This document shows, in pieces, positions 8,899 to 17,505 of a DNA stretch of 32,000 bases. The stretch's first letter is position 1. Every line of letters starts with the position of its first letter. The DNA is taken from assembly GCF_000020025.1 (NCBI RefSeq), contig NC_010628.1, forward strand, positions 2,490,001 to 2,522,000, given 5' to 3'. This stretch comes from Nostoc punctiforme PCC 73102. GTDB taxonomy: Bacteria > Cyanobacteriota > Cyanobacteriia > Cyanobacteriales > Nostocaceae. Both the position numbers and the translations under genes were made by a program. The notes beneath the pieces are model-generated. The model did not search any database and had not been told where the DNA came from. It was given only the letters and a program-made list of their open reading frames with translations.

Positions 8899-10605
8899 CT
8901 ACTGTCCGCAGCTAATGCCTATCATTTCCGGGTGAACATTTGCCTCCAAAACCACATCGATAAGAAATGGTCCCTTGTGGGCTAATGCCTGTTCAAGAGC
9001 TGGGGCTATCTCTTGTGCCTTCTCGAGGCGCACACCCTCAACTCCCATAGAACGCGCTATTTCGACAAAATTAATCTCTGGCTTAGATAAATCAAAACTC
9101 AGGGGATATTCGTGCTGTGGTATATCCCGCTCTTGCCAGTAAGCTTGGATATTCACTTGTAACAACCTATAAGAGTGGTTATTACAGATGACAAATTTGG
9201 CATCTATATTGTGACGAGCAGCTGACCAAAGTGCCTGAATTGTGTACATAGCAGCGCCATCACCAGTAAACCCAATTACCGTTGTGTCAGGATTGGCCAG
9301 TTTGGCTCCAATCGTTCCCGGAATTCCCACACCTAAAGAACCACCACGGGAGAGGAAATAATGCCCTGGTTTGGTTGGTGGTAGATAACGCGTCAAATCA
9401 GGAGAACAGGTGAGAGCTTCATCGAAGATAATTACATCCTCTGGTAATTGCTTTGCCAGTTCTGCCGCGAAGCGAGAAAAGTGCAACGGGACAGCATCCC
9501 AATTTTCTCGATCAGCTTGCAACTCACGCTTATGGTTCTCTTCTTTAGCTTGGGCAATATCAGCAGTTCGTGTCTTAGCAGTTTCTTTCTGCTCTGATGT
9601 CATAACTGCTGACAAAACTTTTGCCAGATGAGCAAGAGTCAATTTTGGATCGCTAACTAGTCCCAAATCAACTGAGTGATTTTTAGCAATCTCATAAGCA
9701 TTCAAATCAATATGGATGACCTTGGCTCCCGGTGCAAAAATATTACCCAGTTCTGGAAATACTTCTGGCAAAAGGTAAGTACCACAAACTAAGTTTACAT
9801 CGCCTCTATTGGTGATGGGTCGGCTTTGATAGCCAAACATATGCCCTGTCATACCTTGATAAAGAGGATGAGCGTGACTCATGTTCAATTCGCCAGCATC
9901 AACTTCCCAGACTTCTGCGCCCAAAAGTTCAGCAACACGGGTCAGTTCATCTTGTGCGCTAGAATAAGCCACTCCATCACCCACAAAAATCATTGGCTTG
10001 TGAGCAGATGCCAACATAGTTGCTGCTGTTTTGAGCAACTCCTCATCTGGCAAAACTTTGGTGGATGGTATAGAAGTTGGTCTGACTTCCTCAACTGCGG
10101 GAGCATCCAAAATATCTACTGGTAGACAAACATACACAGGCCCCATTGGTGGAGTGGCAGCAATCTTAATAGCCCGTCGCAAAACCCGCAGCAATGAAGA
10201 TGGCTCCATCACCATTGTTGACCACTTGGTAACTGGCTCGGCAAAAGCTACCAAGTCTCCTGCCATTTGAGCATCCATTGCCTGATATTTGATGCCTGCA
10301 TCACCACCAATGACTACAAGCGGTGAGTGACCTCGGTATGCTTGGTAAAGTGCGCCGATCGCATTCCCTAAACCAGGGGTACTATGAATTTGCACCAAAG
10401 CAGGCTTTTTAGTTGCCCTAGCATAACCATCTGCTGCCATCACCGCAACGGATTCTTGCAATGTCAAAATGTACTTCAGGTCTGGATATTCCCGAATAGC
10501 ATCCAAAAATCCTTCTTCCGATGTGCCGGGATTACCGAACATATAATGGATGCCATCTGCCAAAAATTGTTCGAGAATTGCAAAGCGGCCTGTTTTGTTT
10601 GTCAT
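8899..10605 (-). CDS. Thiamine-diphosphate-dependent enzyme, benzoylformate-decarboxylase-like
   Basis: The PYR domain reads FGNPGTSEEGFL...YILTLQESVAVMAADGYARATKKPALVQIHSTPGLGNAIGAL...HSPLVVIGG. The ThDP/Mg motif is GDGAAMYTIQALWSAARHNIDAKFVICNN. The pattern resembles my memory of Pseudomonas putida MdlC. I set the start to the ATG at 10603-10605; the track start at 10623 is TTG. Confidence 0.8.
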   Translation of the reverse strand: MTNKTGRFAILEQFLADGIHYMFGNPGTSEEGFLDAIREYPDLKYILTLQESVAVMAADGYARATKKPALVQIHSTPGLGNAIGALYQAYRGHSPLVVIGGDAGIKYQAMDAQMAGDLVAFAEPVTKWSTMVMEPSSLLRVLRRAIKIAATPPMGPVYVCLPVDILDAPAVEEVRPTSIPSTKVLPDEELLKTAATMLASAHKPMIFVGDGVAYSSAQDELTRVAELLGAEVWEVDAGELNMSHAHPLYQGMTGHMFGYQSRPITNRGDVNLVCGTYLLPEVFPELGNIFAPGAKVIHIDLNAYEIAKNHSVDLGLVSDPKLTLAHLAKVLSAVMTSEQKETAKTRTADIAQAKEENHKRELQADRENWDAVPLHFSRFAAELAKQLPEDVIIFDEALTCSPDLTRYLPPTKPGHYFLSRGGSLGVGIPGTIGAKLANPDTTVIGFTGDGAAMYTIQALWSAARHNIDAKFVICNNHSYRLLQVNIQAYWQERDIPQHEYPLSFDLSKPEINFVEIARSMGVEGVRLEKAQEIAPALEQALAHKGPFLIDVVLEANVHPEMIGISCGQ

Positions 10606-10681
10606 GGATTCTACCTTCTGCAACCATCAATTGCATACAGTGTTTATCGTGCAGTACCATCCAGATATTTAAAATCCGACT

Positions 10682-11533
10682 TTACCAGCCATAGCGCTTG
10701 AGTCCTTTTTCTAAGACTTCCACCAACTTCTGACCAGTTAGATAAGAGTCTGGCGTAGAGCGCCCCGTAATAAACGGATAGTCAACAATTACTGATGTTG
10801 GCCTGCCGACATTGCCATGATACTGTCCGTCTGGCCCTGTAGCATCACGGAGTATGTATTCTAGAGGATAGAATGGCGTGCCAAAGTTAATATTGTTCAG
10901 ACATGGGTCGATGTTAGTACCGTTAAATCCCGTACCATCTTTGTAGTCATATTCCAGGCAATGGCCTGTGACGTGTTTACCCCAAATAATGCTCTTGCGA
11001 TCGCCAATGTCACGGGCAAATGCCAGACACGCAACGCCGTAACATTCTGCGGCGACTGGCTTACCCATTTGGTAAAAACTGAGGATGAGATCGTGTACTC
11101 TCTGGTTGTCAGCTAAATCAACCATCGGACCACTACCACCAACAATGAGAATGGCATCGTATGTTTGTAAATCTCTTTGCCGCACTTCATCTAGTAATCT
11201 GTAATATTCCTCCATTTCCCGTAAGAATTTTGGTGAACTCCAGTAAGGTCTTTCTGGGAGCCACTCTCTAAGATTTTTTGGGTTGTTTAACCGTGGATTG
11301 TTGGTGTCATCTAGTTGTCTGACCTTATCAGCCATATCTTGGGTGGTGACTGGTCTGCCTAATGGTGGGTCAACAAAAGTAGGGTCCATGCTTACCCCTA
11401 GTGCTACAGGTCTTTTACCATTTGGGGTGGCGAAGTCAACTTGATACCCAGCTGCATCAAAGGTTTCTAGGGGACCCACTAGTTCTTCTCCCCAGTAACC
11501 CCACTCTGATAGCACAATCAGAATCTTGGTCAT
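10682..11533 (-). CDS. Class I glutamine amidotransferase-like / DJ-1-PfpI superfamily protein (long form)
   Basis: The 283-aa ORF has ILIVGGSGPMVDL and a nucleophile-elbow-like AAECYGVACL. AAGGAG precedes the ATG, and the gap to the upstream gene is 4 nt. Confidence 0.65.
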   Translation of the reverse strand: MTKILIVLSEWGYWGEELVGPLETFDAAGYQVDFATPNGKRPVALGVSMDPTFVDPPLGRPVTTQDMADKVRQLDDTNNPRLNNPKNLREWLPERPYWSSPKFLREMEEYYRLLDEVRQRDLQTYDAILIVGGSGPMVDLADNQRVHDLILSFYQMGKPVAAECYGVACLAFARDIGDRKSIIWGKHVTGHCLEYDYKDGTGFNGTNIDPCLNNINFGTPFYPLEYILRDATGPDGQYHGNVGRPTSVIVDYPFITGRSTPDSYLTGQKLVEVLEKGLKRYGW

Positions 11534-11537
11534 CGGA

Positions 11538-12209
11538 TCATCTCCTTTGTGTTTCTAAGCAACGTTGTTCTTGAGATGCGATTTGGTGAGCGATCGCATC
11601 AATAAAGGCATACACATCATGTCCGGCTCGTCCTGTTACTAAGTCTCTATCAACCACAATATTTCCCGGATCATTTGGTTGAGAATTTACAGGTGGCGGT
11701 ACGTAAACAGCACCAGCATTCGCAATATCCGCCAGCACCACTTCATGACAGATTACCTTTCGTCCTCGGAGTAGTTCTGGCATTGGAGTCAGTAACCACA
11801 ATCCATGACAGAGTAAACCTTTGATAATCTTGTGATTTGCCATTGCTTGAGCAAAAAACTGAATTGCTGGTGCAGTACGAGTTTGCTCTGGACTAATCTG
11901 CTGTCCTGGCGGTGGTTGAAAGTAGCGCAGACGTACACTGGTGTAGTTAGCTGCCATAATTACGGCCGCATATTCATTCACATCTACGCTTTGAAAGTCG
12001 ATATTGACATCTAGATATTGCAGAGATTTACCAATTTCATCCACATCACTAACAAATTGTACAGTTTCATTTCCCCAAAGCCGAGACATGAAATGCACAG
12101 TCGCCCCAAGTTCCTCAAAGTGTTGCCGATAAGCTGCAATTTCCTCAGGAATGAACTCTGTTTCTACAAGGATGGCGACTTTCTTTCCTTCTAGCATTTG
12201 GGTCACCAT
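11538..12209 (-). CDS. DJ-1/PfpI family protein
   Basis: The 223-aa ORF has KKVAILVETEF...LLCHGLWLL (Cys-His nucleophile elbow). AGGAG precedes the ATG. Confidence 0.7.
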   Translation of the reverse strand: MVTQMLEGKKVAILVETEFIPEEIAAYRQHFEELGATVHFMSRLWGNETVQFVSDVDEIGKSLQYLDVNIDFQSVDVNEYAAVIMAANYTSVRLRYFQPPPGQQISPEQTRTAPAIQFFAQAMANHKIIKGLLCHGLWLLTPMPELLRGRKVICHEVVLADIANAGAVYVPPPVNSQPNDPGNIVVDRDLVTGRAGHDVYAFIDAIAHQIASQEQRCLETQRR

Positions 12210-12219
12210 AACTTATCTC

Positions 12220-14235
12220 CTAAGTCTTGGGTGTAAATTCCACAATGATTTCTGCTTCTGAACCAAGTTCAAATTCTTTCTCTCCCAGTTCAATTTGAAA
12301 ATTATCAGGGTCGATTGTGGTGCGATCGCTACCATTAATGCTGACTCTGTTAACTTCCAAAGTATTAGGTCTAAAAAAATCTGGTAAAACATTGAGAGAG
12401 CGCTGGCGACAATGTTTGTCAGGTTTGAAATACAAACAGAAGGGTTCTTTTGTCACATAACTACTGATATAGATATGAGCCAAATAATTTAACTCAAAGG
12501 CATGGTATCCAGAAATTGCATGTCCGCCTTTTTGTGCATATTGCCCTACAGTAGTTGCATCTCCACTCTCACTGACTCGGAAGAAAATACCTTTATTGTC
12601 TTGGTCGAGAAAGAATAGATTCCAAAATGCGGCAGTTTCTCGTGCTAACCGCAAATACTCTTGTTTTTGGTCATTATCTTCATGACTGCAACCATGAAGA
12701 ATTAAGTAGGCTAATAGGGCTTGTTCTTGTTGCCAGAAGTCTTTAGTGTTGAACCAAGGAAACTCTAGTGGCGTTCCATTTTGAGGGTTACGTTCTAAAG
12801 TATCAAAGATTCCACCCCTAAATAGATCTACGCCAATCTCTGCCATCTTCATGCCTAAATTGTCTGCTAGCTTCATCAATTTATCAGCTAAACGTTGTGA
12901 TTCTTCGGCTTCTTGCGCGTTATCAGCAGCAGATTGGGCGGCTAAGGAGTAATAATAGTTAGCAACACGAGTCAGGTTCCAGGCTATCTTCAAATTGTGT
13001 CCGATAACGGCACGATTTTGTTGCCACCGCCAATTATGGTCTGGTTTCCAATCTCGCAAAAATCGCTCATTCACAAATGGAACGTTGGGATCAGGATCGG
13101 GAAATCTATCGGCAATGATTGTGGAGGCTGTTTTGAGAATCTTTTTGCAGGTTTCTAAAAATTTCCCGATTTCTTCATGACCATGATCAGTTAATGGCAA
13201 AGGTTCTAATGCCAAAATCACGTTAATTAAATAAGCCGGTATATGATCCCCAATCGAGTTCCAATTTTTTCTGGCTTGGTTATCACCAAGAGCAGGACTA
13301 TCCCAATTTAACGTCACAGAATCAAGGTGTGAGAAATAATCACCGTAAGCATGTTTACCGTACTCTGATTCTGGATCGATGAAGAAATCATTAAAGACAC
13401 GAACAGTCCGCTTGATATCATCAAGTACTTCCCAATCTAAAGTGATTCGATAGTACTGAGCTAATCCAGCTAAGGCGTAAATTTGTTCGTAAAGCGGGAT
13501 TGTATCTCTATCATCCTCATTGAGAGAACGTATATACAACTGATAACTGTACTTTGTCTTGCGCTTGCCAAATGCCCAAAAACAATGTTTGCCATCAGAT
13601 GTCAAACTGCGAAAAGTTTCACGTTGGTATTGAACTCCAGCACGAGCCGCTGAAAGATAGCGTTCACCTCCAGTTAGCAAGTAAGCAGAGGAAAGACCAT
13701 AGATCAGCCTGGAAAGAGTAGCACATTCTTGAATCTCATCATCTGTTGGTAAACCGATGATGTTTAGGTTAGTTCGGTAAAGAGCAAAATCATCGATTTC
13801 ATAGGTTTGTTTATTTGGAAATAAAAAGCCTAACCAACTATCTGCTAGGCGGGCAATTTGGGTCAGCCACCAATGAGTTTGCTCAAAAACTAATTCGTCT
13901 TGACCTCTATATGAATTTAGTAAGTTAACAATGCGGGCATCATATTGGCAGCTACCATTATTTTCTTGATACACCCCTTGCAGAACTACTAAGCTATCCG
14001 ACTGGATGTATTTTCTCACTAAATCTGCTGGTGAGGACTGATGAAAATCTTCAGGATTCGGGACGCGATCGCGGTTTATACCATCTAAATTTTGTAGAAA
14101 TTGAAATCGTGTTTCCCTACCAATTGCAACCTCGAACTCATCTCCACTACGGCATTTAATACTAAATTTTCCTTGCTCCTGTGCAATATCCGTAACTTTG
14201 CCCATCAGAGTTGTGTTCACAGTGAATTTTCTCAT
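12220..14235 (-). CDS. Large protein with probable AGE-type (N-acylglucosamine 2-epimerase-like) alpha/alpha-barrel core
   Basis: The 671-aa ORF is rich in Trp/aromatic helical repeats. The C-terminal GGHAISGYHAFELNYL resembles the conserved YH..R/E element of AGE/cellobiose-epimerase/YihS enzymes. It has extra N- and C-terminal domains. I made the assignment from memory, without a profile search. Confidence 0.4.
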   Translation of the reverse strand: MRKFTVNTTLMGKVTDIAQEQGKFSIKCRSGDEFEVAIGRETRFQFLQNLDGINRDRVPNPEDFHQSSPADLVRKYIQSDSLVVLQGVYQENNGSCQYDARIVNLLNSYRGQDELVFEQTHWWLTQIARLADSWLGFLFPNKQTYEIDDFALYRTNLNIIGLPTDDEIQECATLSRLIYGLSSAYLLTGGERYLSAARAGVQYQRETFRSLTSDGKHCFWAFGKRKTKYSYQLYIRSLNEDDRDTIPLYEQIYALAGLAQYYRITLDWEVLDDIKRTVRVFNDFFIDPESEYGKHAYGDYFSHLDSVTLNWDSPALGDNQARKNWNSIGDHIPAYLINVILALEPLPLTDHGHEEIGKFLETCKKILKTASTIIADRFPDPDPNVPFVNERFLRDWKPDHNWRWQQNRAVIGHNLKIAWNLTRVANYYYSLAAQSAADNAQEAEESQRLADKLMKLADNLGMKMAEIGVDLFRGGIFDTLERNPQNGTPLEFPWFNTKDFWQQEQALLAYLILHGCSHEDNDQKQEYLRLARETAAFWNLFFLDQDNKGIFFRVSESGDATTVGQYAQKGGHAISGYHAFELNYLAHIYISSYVTKEPFCLYFKPDKHCRQRSLNVLPDFFRPNTLEVNRVSINGSDRTTIDPDNFQIELGEKEFELGSEAEIIVEFTPKT

Positions 14236-14881
14236 TTTTATTATCCTTTCGGTGTTATTTCAACCAAATACTTTTTATTGCTGTTTGGAGATATCATGGC
14301 TAACTATTTGTAACGATATATCCAAAGCAAAATCTTGTTTTCAAGAGTTATGAAAAAACTAAAAATAGGTATTTTCAACAAGTTTCGTCAATGATTAATG
14401 AAAGACGGTTTTGCGAAACGCTAGAAAGAAAGATTCAGATTTACTTGACGATTCGGAGTTGAATCTATATTTTTTTCACAAAATGAATATAAATTCTGAA
14501 ACATAGCAATCCTAAATCATTTCTGAAAGCTTCTCTTTTTTATTTTCTACGAGACCTATGCGTTTACGGAAGCCGACACACCACAAGGCGTTTACTTAAT
14601 TGCTCAAAACTCTCAGATAGAATAGCTATAGTTACTTTTGTAGTGAAAATGAAAAAGTTTTCAAAAAACTTTGCTGCGTATTGAAATTTACCTTAATTTC
14701 CTCCGACTATAATTGAGTCAATCGGCACTAATTCTCTATCTATGGTTAGAGAATTATGAATCGTTAGATGTAGATAACCTTCTTTAAAAAAACTATAAAA
14801 ACTATAGCGGTTCTCACTTGAGTGGGATACAGTGTGGGAGGATGGAGTATATCAAGAACCATCTGCATCGATATCCCTCTT

Positions 14882-15296
14882 TCAAGAAACCGTATTTGCT
14901 TCGGGCTGAGGAATGAGTTCAAAACCTAAAGCTAAAGCCTTTTTTTGTAGGTTATTGATAACTTGTTCTTGGTAACGTTGTTCATAATAATCCATGCCAA
15001 TATCTTGATAGTTACCTCCAGTTGTCCAAAGTAGGTAAAAAATTCGTGCCAGCTTATGAGCAGTAGCAGTGATAGCTTTGGGCGTGCCAAGTCGAGAACG
15101 TAAGCGACGATAGAAAGCACAACTCGGCAGAATTGCTCTTGCCAGCTGTTTGTGTGGCTATTCGGAAAGCATTGGCAGCAGGGTTAACCACCAAGCGAGT
15201 TTAAGAACTTTTAACTTTACCAACAGTGATGCGATTACAAGGGCAAAGACCAAGTCAAGAAGTAAAGTGTTTAACAGTTGGGAATCGGGTAAAATC
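14882..15296 (-). pseudogene. IS110-family transposase, C-terminal remnant
   Basis: My hand translation reads DFTRFPTVKHFTS*LGLCPCNRITVGKVKSS*TRLVVNPAANAFRIATQTAGKSNSAEL. After a frameshift it continues CAFYRRLRSRLGTPKAITATAHKLARIFYLLWTTGGNYQDIGMDYYEQRYQEQVINNLQKKALALGFELIP...*. These are typical IS110 C-terminal motifs, interrupted by two in-frame stops and one frameshift. No N-terminal half is present. Confidence 0.7.
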
Positions 15297-15373
15297 GGTT
15301 TTGGTTCTGGAATTAGGTCGCTGAGAAATTCATATTGGGCACATGTCAGGTTGCTAGGGTATGCTTTACTCAT
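15297..15373 (-). pseudogene. IS5/IS4-type (DUF4096-like) transposase N-terminal stub
   Basis: MSKAYPSNLTCAQYEFLSDLIPEPKP resembles the conserved N-terminus of cyanobacterial IS5-family transposases. Similarity stops abruptly where the IS110 remnant begins. Confidence 0.4.
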
Positions 15374-16164
15374 GTCACTCTATCGGTGCTGTTTATTATC
15401 TATTCACAGCTTATACTGAGAGAGCTTTTTTACACCCTTTCCGACTTTTCAAACATTCTCTTAGAATCCAATACCTAAAACTCTGTATTTTCTAAATGTG
15501 TAAACCTTATATCTATATTTAAATTTGGCAAAAATTATTTTTATTTCAATCCATCTATTGGATGATGATTTTTAAGAAAATAAGGTTCTTCCGGTACTTT
15601 TATGGTGATTACTAAAGAACCGTAAATTTTAGTAACTACATTTTAATGAGGCTCATCCTTAAAATATAGATTGCGTAAGTCTTACAGCAGTTTCACTTGT
15701 ACTCAAATAATCCAAGCATCATGATTTATACTAGGGGCACAAATAATTCCAATTGATGGAAAAACATTTAAGGGTACTATGGAATTTGTTCATCAATCAC
15801 CTCGACATGACGATGATATTATTTGTTGGGGTAAATGTGCCATTTCCCACACTTACCATTAAACCATTATACCCTACAAAACTTTCTGGCACAAGGGATG
15901 CCGAAAACGATCGCCTACGGTGGGCGGAACGCCATCGCCTGCTTAGATACTCTCCCTTATTTCATCTATTTCAGCAAACTCATCCTCGATTGCGCGAACT
16001 GAGAATTATTACAGTTTACAATAATGATTATTATTTTTACTGAAATCTATGTGACCTGTAAATTCAACTACCGACAAGCCATTGAACCTATTTCAACGTC
16101 CCCGTCGTACTGCAACCCTGGGGCGAATGGTGCGGAAAACTACCCTGACTGTAGATGATCCGAT

Positions 16165-17325
16165 CTATCCAATGTTTGTGATGGAAGGTGAATGTAACTT
16201 TTTGGCTTCCTGGCTTAGGCATCCAGGTACTCTAGTTGTGAACTTATCAGCTGGACTTAGAGCAACATTGCCCCAGCGCATTACAGTTGCAGCAGCGTTA
16301 GACACTGAACCAATAGAGTATACAAGAACCAAATCGTTTTCGTGAATCTTGCCTAATTGTGCGCCGTGGTAAAGATTAGCAATGGGCAGCATTGGCCCAA
16401 TATTTGCATATTGGGGATAAAGGTTAATCGTCCGCTCCTGCTGGATGCCTAATGCTTCGGTACAGAGGGAGGAATACCAGGCAGTGGGTGTATTAAAAGC
16501 ACAAAATTGAATTTGCTCCAGGGTAACACCAGCCGCAGCGATCGCGCCCAAGCAGCACTCACGCAAATAATTTACAGCAGTCTCGCTCAGTACTTTGTTG
16601 GTGTGCTTGCCTGCTCGGATTAACATCCTTACATTACCCTCAGCATCCGTAGTAAATTCATTATAGAAGGTGTCGCAAGTTGCACATGTGTTCACAATTT
16701 TGGTGCTAATAATTCCCTGATTTTGTTTGAGCGCGCCAACCACAAAGGCTCCAGCACCGTCACCGAAAAACCATGAGAGAGTATCATTTTCATCAGTAAA
16801 GCGAGAGTAAGTGCAAGAGACTACCACCAACACATTACGATACTCTCCAGTTCGCACCAGCGCAGTAGCATTTTGCAGCGCAACCACAGCATTAGAACAG
16901 GTTGAATCAAGATTCCAAGCCGCACCGCGCAGATCGAGTTGAGCAGCAAGGAAAGCCGCATTGCCAGGTAGAATATTTTCTGGCCAAAGTGAAGCAACAA
17001 TCATCAAATCGACCTCTTCCGGAGACAGTTTTGCCGCTGCCAAAGCGTCCCTTGCTGCGCCATACTCTAGCGTGAGCGATGACTCCCCCGGACCCAATAT
17101 TCTGCGCTCAACAGTACCACGGAAAGGATCTTTGAGATACGGTGACATTTTTAATTCAAACTCATTGGTGGGGATGGAATCACCAGGCGAAAATACCTTT
17201 GATAGACTTTTTTGTTCAGCTGTTGCCACTAAATCTGGGTAATTCTTTCGCCAATAATCATTAGTGCGAACAACACTAGGAAAGTTGACTGCAATTGACC
17301 GAATTCCTACTGGTGGATATATCAT
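16165..17325 (-). CDS. Atypical KAS III-like (FabH-fold) condensing enzyme/acyltransferase
   Basis: The 386-aa ORF has an ATG preceded by AGGAG. It shows thiolase-fold blocks: NLDSTCSNAVVAL (Cys), FFGDGAGAFVV and YANIGPMLPI (Asn). The His block of FabH (MHQAN) aligns to AFNTP. It has a roughly 30-aa insertion near the N-terminus and a roughly 35-aa C-terminal tail. Confidence 0.75.
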   Translation of the reverse strand: MIYPPVGIRSIAVNFPSVVRTNDYWRKNYPDLVATAEQKSLSKVFSPGDSIPTNEFELKMSPYLKDPFRGTVERRILGPGESSLTLEYGAARDALAAAKLSPEEVDLMIVASLWPENILPGNAAFLAAQLDLRGAAWNLDSTCSNAVVALQNATALVRTGEYRNVLVVVSCTYSRFTDENDTLSWFFGDGAGAFVVGALKQNQGIISTKIVNTCATCDTFYNEFTTDAEGNVRMLIRAGKHTNKVLSETAVNYLRECCLGAIAAAGVTLEQIQFCAFNTPTAWYSSLCTEALGIQQERTINLYPQYANIGPMLPIANLYHGAQLGKIHENDLVLVYSIGSVSNAAATVMRWGNVALSPADKFTTRVPGCLSQEAKKLHSPSITNIG

Positions 17326-17340
17326 AATAAATCTCCTGAA

Positions 17341-17500
17341 AAAGTGAGGAAGTGGAGGATGCGGGGAAGAGGCAGGGGAGCAGGGGAGGATTAGGGGACA
17401 AGGAGGACAAGGAGGAATTATTGAACAAGTCTCTTCCTTGTCTCCCCCCTCTTCTTTGTCTCCCTTGTCTCTTCTCTATGCCCAATGTCCAATGCCCAAT
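17341..17500. repeat. Purine tract, then pyrimidine tract (imperfect long palindrome), then a tandem heptamer
   Basis: 17341-17416 is almost all purine and includes ggacaagga ggacaagga. 17431-17478 is almost all pyrimidine (ttccttgtctcc...tttgtctcccttgtctc). 17478-17500 is atgcccaatgtccaatgcccaat, about 3 copies of TG[C/T]CCAA. Confidence 0.6.
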
Positions 17501-17505
17501 TAATA

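Noticed and set aside
10682-11533. The Cys-Tyr (AECYG) nucleophile elbow of the long DJ-1-like protein, instead of Cys-His, as a notable anomaly.
   Set aside because: The residue after the nucleophilic Cys varies widely across the DJ-1/PfpI superfamily (DJ-1 itself has Cys-Ala). This is not informative without a proper alignment.
15753-16043. 96-aa plus-strand ORF in the IS-debris region.
   Set aside because: It is the only plus-strand candidate outside a gene, but it sits in AT-rich degenerate sequence. I saw no RBS and no recognisable motif, and it starts with a non-ATG or weak-context codon. Support is insufficient.
17276-17485. 69-aa minus-strand ORF (MGIEKRQGRQRRGGRQGR...).
   Set aside because: It is encoded entirely by the purine/pyrimidine repeat tract and overlaps the start of the KAS III-like gene. 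It is a low-complexity artefact.
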